From the NCBI GenBank assembly GCA_946186945.1, contig CAMHPC010000001.1, forward strand, positions 28,555 through 92,554: a DNA stretch of 64,000 bases, read 5' to 3'. This document shows positions 62,295 through 64,000 of the stretch, in pieces; the stretch's first letter is position 1, and the number at the start of each line of letters is the position of its first letter. The notes beneath the pieces were generated by a model that searched no databases, had not been told where the DNA came from, and was given only the letters and a program-made list of their open reading frames with translations. This stretch comes from an uncultured Prevotella sp. GTDB lineage: Bacteria; Bacteroidota; Bacteroidia; Bacteroidales; Bacteroidaceae. The position numbers and the translations under genes were made by a program.

Positions 62295-62498
62295 TTAGAA
62301 GCGGTCGGGAGTGAATGACTCTTCGGGGTCATCCCATACGTTGAAACTGTTAGAACCGGCAGGCTTTGTAGCGTCTTCGTCGCTCACTGTGCCTGTGGTA
62401 CCGTTGCCCAGGTTTATCTTTGTGCTACCTGCCATAATGGCTTCATCGCCTGTCATGGCAGTGCTCTTGATCATTGGTGAAATATATGTCTTTTTCAT
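62295..62498 (-). CDS. 67-aa small protein with an MKKxYxxP leader-like N-terminus
   Basis: MKKTYISPMIKSTAMTGDEAIMAGS...VWDD; 18 nt downstream of the T9SS gene and followed by a terminator. Confidence 0.75.
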   Translation of the reverse strand: MKKTYISPMIKSTAMTGDEAIMAGSTKINLGNGTTGTVSDEDATKPAGSNSFNVWDDPEESFTPDRF

Positions 62499-62516
62499 AA
62501 CACTTCGTTTGCTTAA

Positions 62517-64000
62517 TTATTTCACTACTACTTTCTTTCCGTTCACCACATACACACCTGCGGGCAGCGACATCATGCTGTCGGCATTCTGGCGCACCAT
62601 ACGGCCGTCTATACTGTACACGTTGAACAGGGTGGGGATGAGTTGCTCCACATTCTCTATGGCTGTCACACCGTCGAATGTCACGTTGATGTTGGCTGCG
62701 CTGCTCACATTGCCCAGATCCAGGTATGCGCGCCATGCAGGAATATCAAAGGCATTCTTGGCGAAGTTGGGCTGCTGGTTGTTGCCGTCGAGCACATACA
62801 CACTGTTCAGGCCGTCCTTAGACACTTTCGAGAAGGTGCCCTGGAATTCCTTGCTGGCATCTGCTGCCCACTCGATGGTCTTACCATTGCCACGCAGCCA
62901 GAAGGCGGCGGCACGGGCGAAGTAGATGATATAAGCCTTGCCAGCTTCGAATGTGTAAACCTGACTGAATTCGATGGTCTTGTTCTCACCGTCGTCTGTC
63001 ACGGCTGTCATCTCCCAGGCATCGATACCGCTGTCCACGTCACCATCGAAGGGTGCTATGGTTGTGGCATATACGCCGGCACCGTCGTGGAAGCGCTGTT
63101 TCACTACTCCAGTAGCATAGATAGGAGCGATGTTGGTGTTCACGCTGTAGTCCACACCGTTGGCTGTCTGAGTGTCGTTCTCGTCCAGCACGATGTTGTA
63201 ACCAGTGTAGCGGTTCTGTGCATTGTCCCATACCACGCGGTTCTTAGCCACGTTCTGTGTGGCATTGGTGATAAGCAGGGCATTGGGCATCACGGTGCTT
63301 ATCTCGCCCTCTACGTTGCCGGTCACATTGCTCAGGTCGTATGCCAGGGCTTTCTGCTCAGCGTCGATAGCAGCAAACTTAGTAGCATCCCATACGCCTT
63401 CCAGTACCACAGCCTCTGTCTCGCTGTCTATCTCCTTCACTGCCAGTTCGGTGGGAACCACAGGACCGTCTTCACCCTTCCAGAAGTAGATGTTGTCTAC
63501 ATACAGCTTATCGTTGCCTGTACCACGGTCTAACTTCAACTGGAACACCAGATTGTTGGCAAAGTCCATGTTATACTGTGTCAGAGGTATATCTATGCTG
63601 TTCCACTCCTTCACATTGAGTGTGCCCACAAGCTGACTGTTCTCGATTGGACCAGGGAAGATAGGAGTGATACCAAGGTTCATGGCTTGCATAGGCAGCA
63701 CGTCAATGTGCAGGTACTGCATTTCACTCGCATTAAGTTGTGTACCAAGTTCAAAACCTAAGTAGTTGAAGTTGGTCAGATACATAGTATTGTTGCCGTC
63801 TATATTGGTTTCGTTCAGTTGAGTAGACTGCCCCCAAAGGCCTATACCCCTTGTGGTAGCCTCAGTATAAGCATCGCTGTATATGCTTATCACGTCCTCG
63901 GCAGCCTGAGTGGGTGTGGGTGCCGGTGTCAGTACGAACACATCGCCACTGGTAGTAGCCTCTACGGTAGCAGCAGCAGAGCGGTTGCCCTTGTCGTCTA
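62517..64000 (-). CDS. T9SS cargo protein with a putative glycan-binding domain (5' end off the window)
   Basis: Frame is open to the window edge (DDKGNRS, FN3-like end); VISIYSDAY...YLHIDV beta-sandwich; CTD VYSIDGRMV...GVYVVNGKKVVVK. Confidence 0.85.
   Translation of the reverse strand, partial: DDKGNRSAAATVEATTSGDVFVLTPAPTPTQAAEDVISIYSDAYTEATTRGIGLWGQSTQLNETNIDGNNTMYLTNFNYLGFELGTQLNASEMQYLHIDVLPMQAMNLGITPIFPGPIENSQLVGTLNVKEWNSIDIPLTQYNMDFANNLVFQLKLDRGTGNDKLYVDNIYFWKGEDGPVVPTELAVKEIDSETEAVVLEGVWDATKFAAIDAEQKALAYDLSNVTGNVEGEISTVMPNALLITNATQNVAKNRVVWDNAQNRYTGYNIVLDENDTQTANGVDYSVNTNIAPIYATGVVKQRFHDGAGVYATTIAPFDGDVDSGIDAWEMTAVTDDGENKTIEFSQVYTFEAGKAYIIYFARAAAFWLRGNGKTIEWAADASKEFQGTFSKVSKDGLNSVYVLDGNNQQPNFAKNAFDIPAWRAYLDLGNVSSAANINVTFDGVTAIENVEQLIPTLFNVYSIDGRMVRQNADSMMSLPAGVYVVNGKKVVVK

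Overview
A 64-kb chromosomal window from a Bacteroidales bacterium, most likely Prevotella-like (TAnnTTTG promoters, T9SS genes, characteristic gene order). It is mostly core genome: an M16 protease, aroQ, rbfA, lolE-like permease, a DUF6242-porG-uppS-bamA-3x ompH-murI operon, pckA, lgt, ychF, polA, a polyprenyl synthase, deoC, dtd, uvrC, apt, mnmG, fumarate reductase/succinate dehydrogenase CAB, parE, ruvB, coaD, ybeY, acpP-fabF-rnc, glycosyltransferases, rubredoxin, dusB and ribF. Two perfect and two degenerate parS sites, with mnmG beside them, suggest the window lies near oriC. The right end is accessory: a tandem SH3b-like secreted protein flanked by CTAG repeats, a T9SS-secreted GH81 beta-1,3-glucanase, a partner T9SS protein and a small YxxP peptide. 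The most notable unannotated signals are two small promoter-to-terminator transcription units 48 kb apart that share seed-like motifs (one also encodes a 31-aa membrane peptide), an RNase III-substrate-like hairpin in the acpP-fabF-rnc operon, and a terminator whose apex is a parS-like site. No tRNA, rRNA, CRISPR array or intact IS element was seen. All calls come from reading motifs by eye; no database searches were run.
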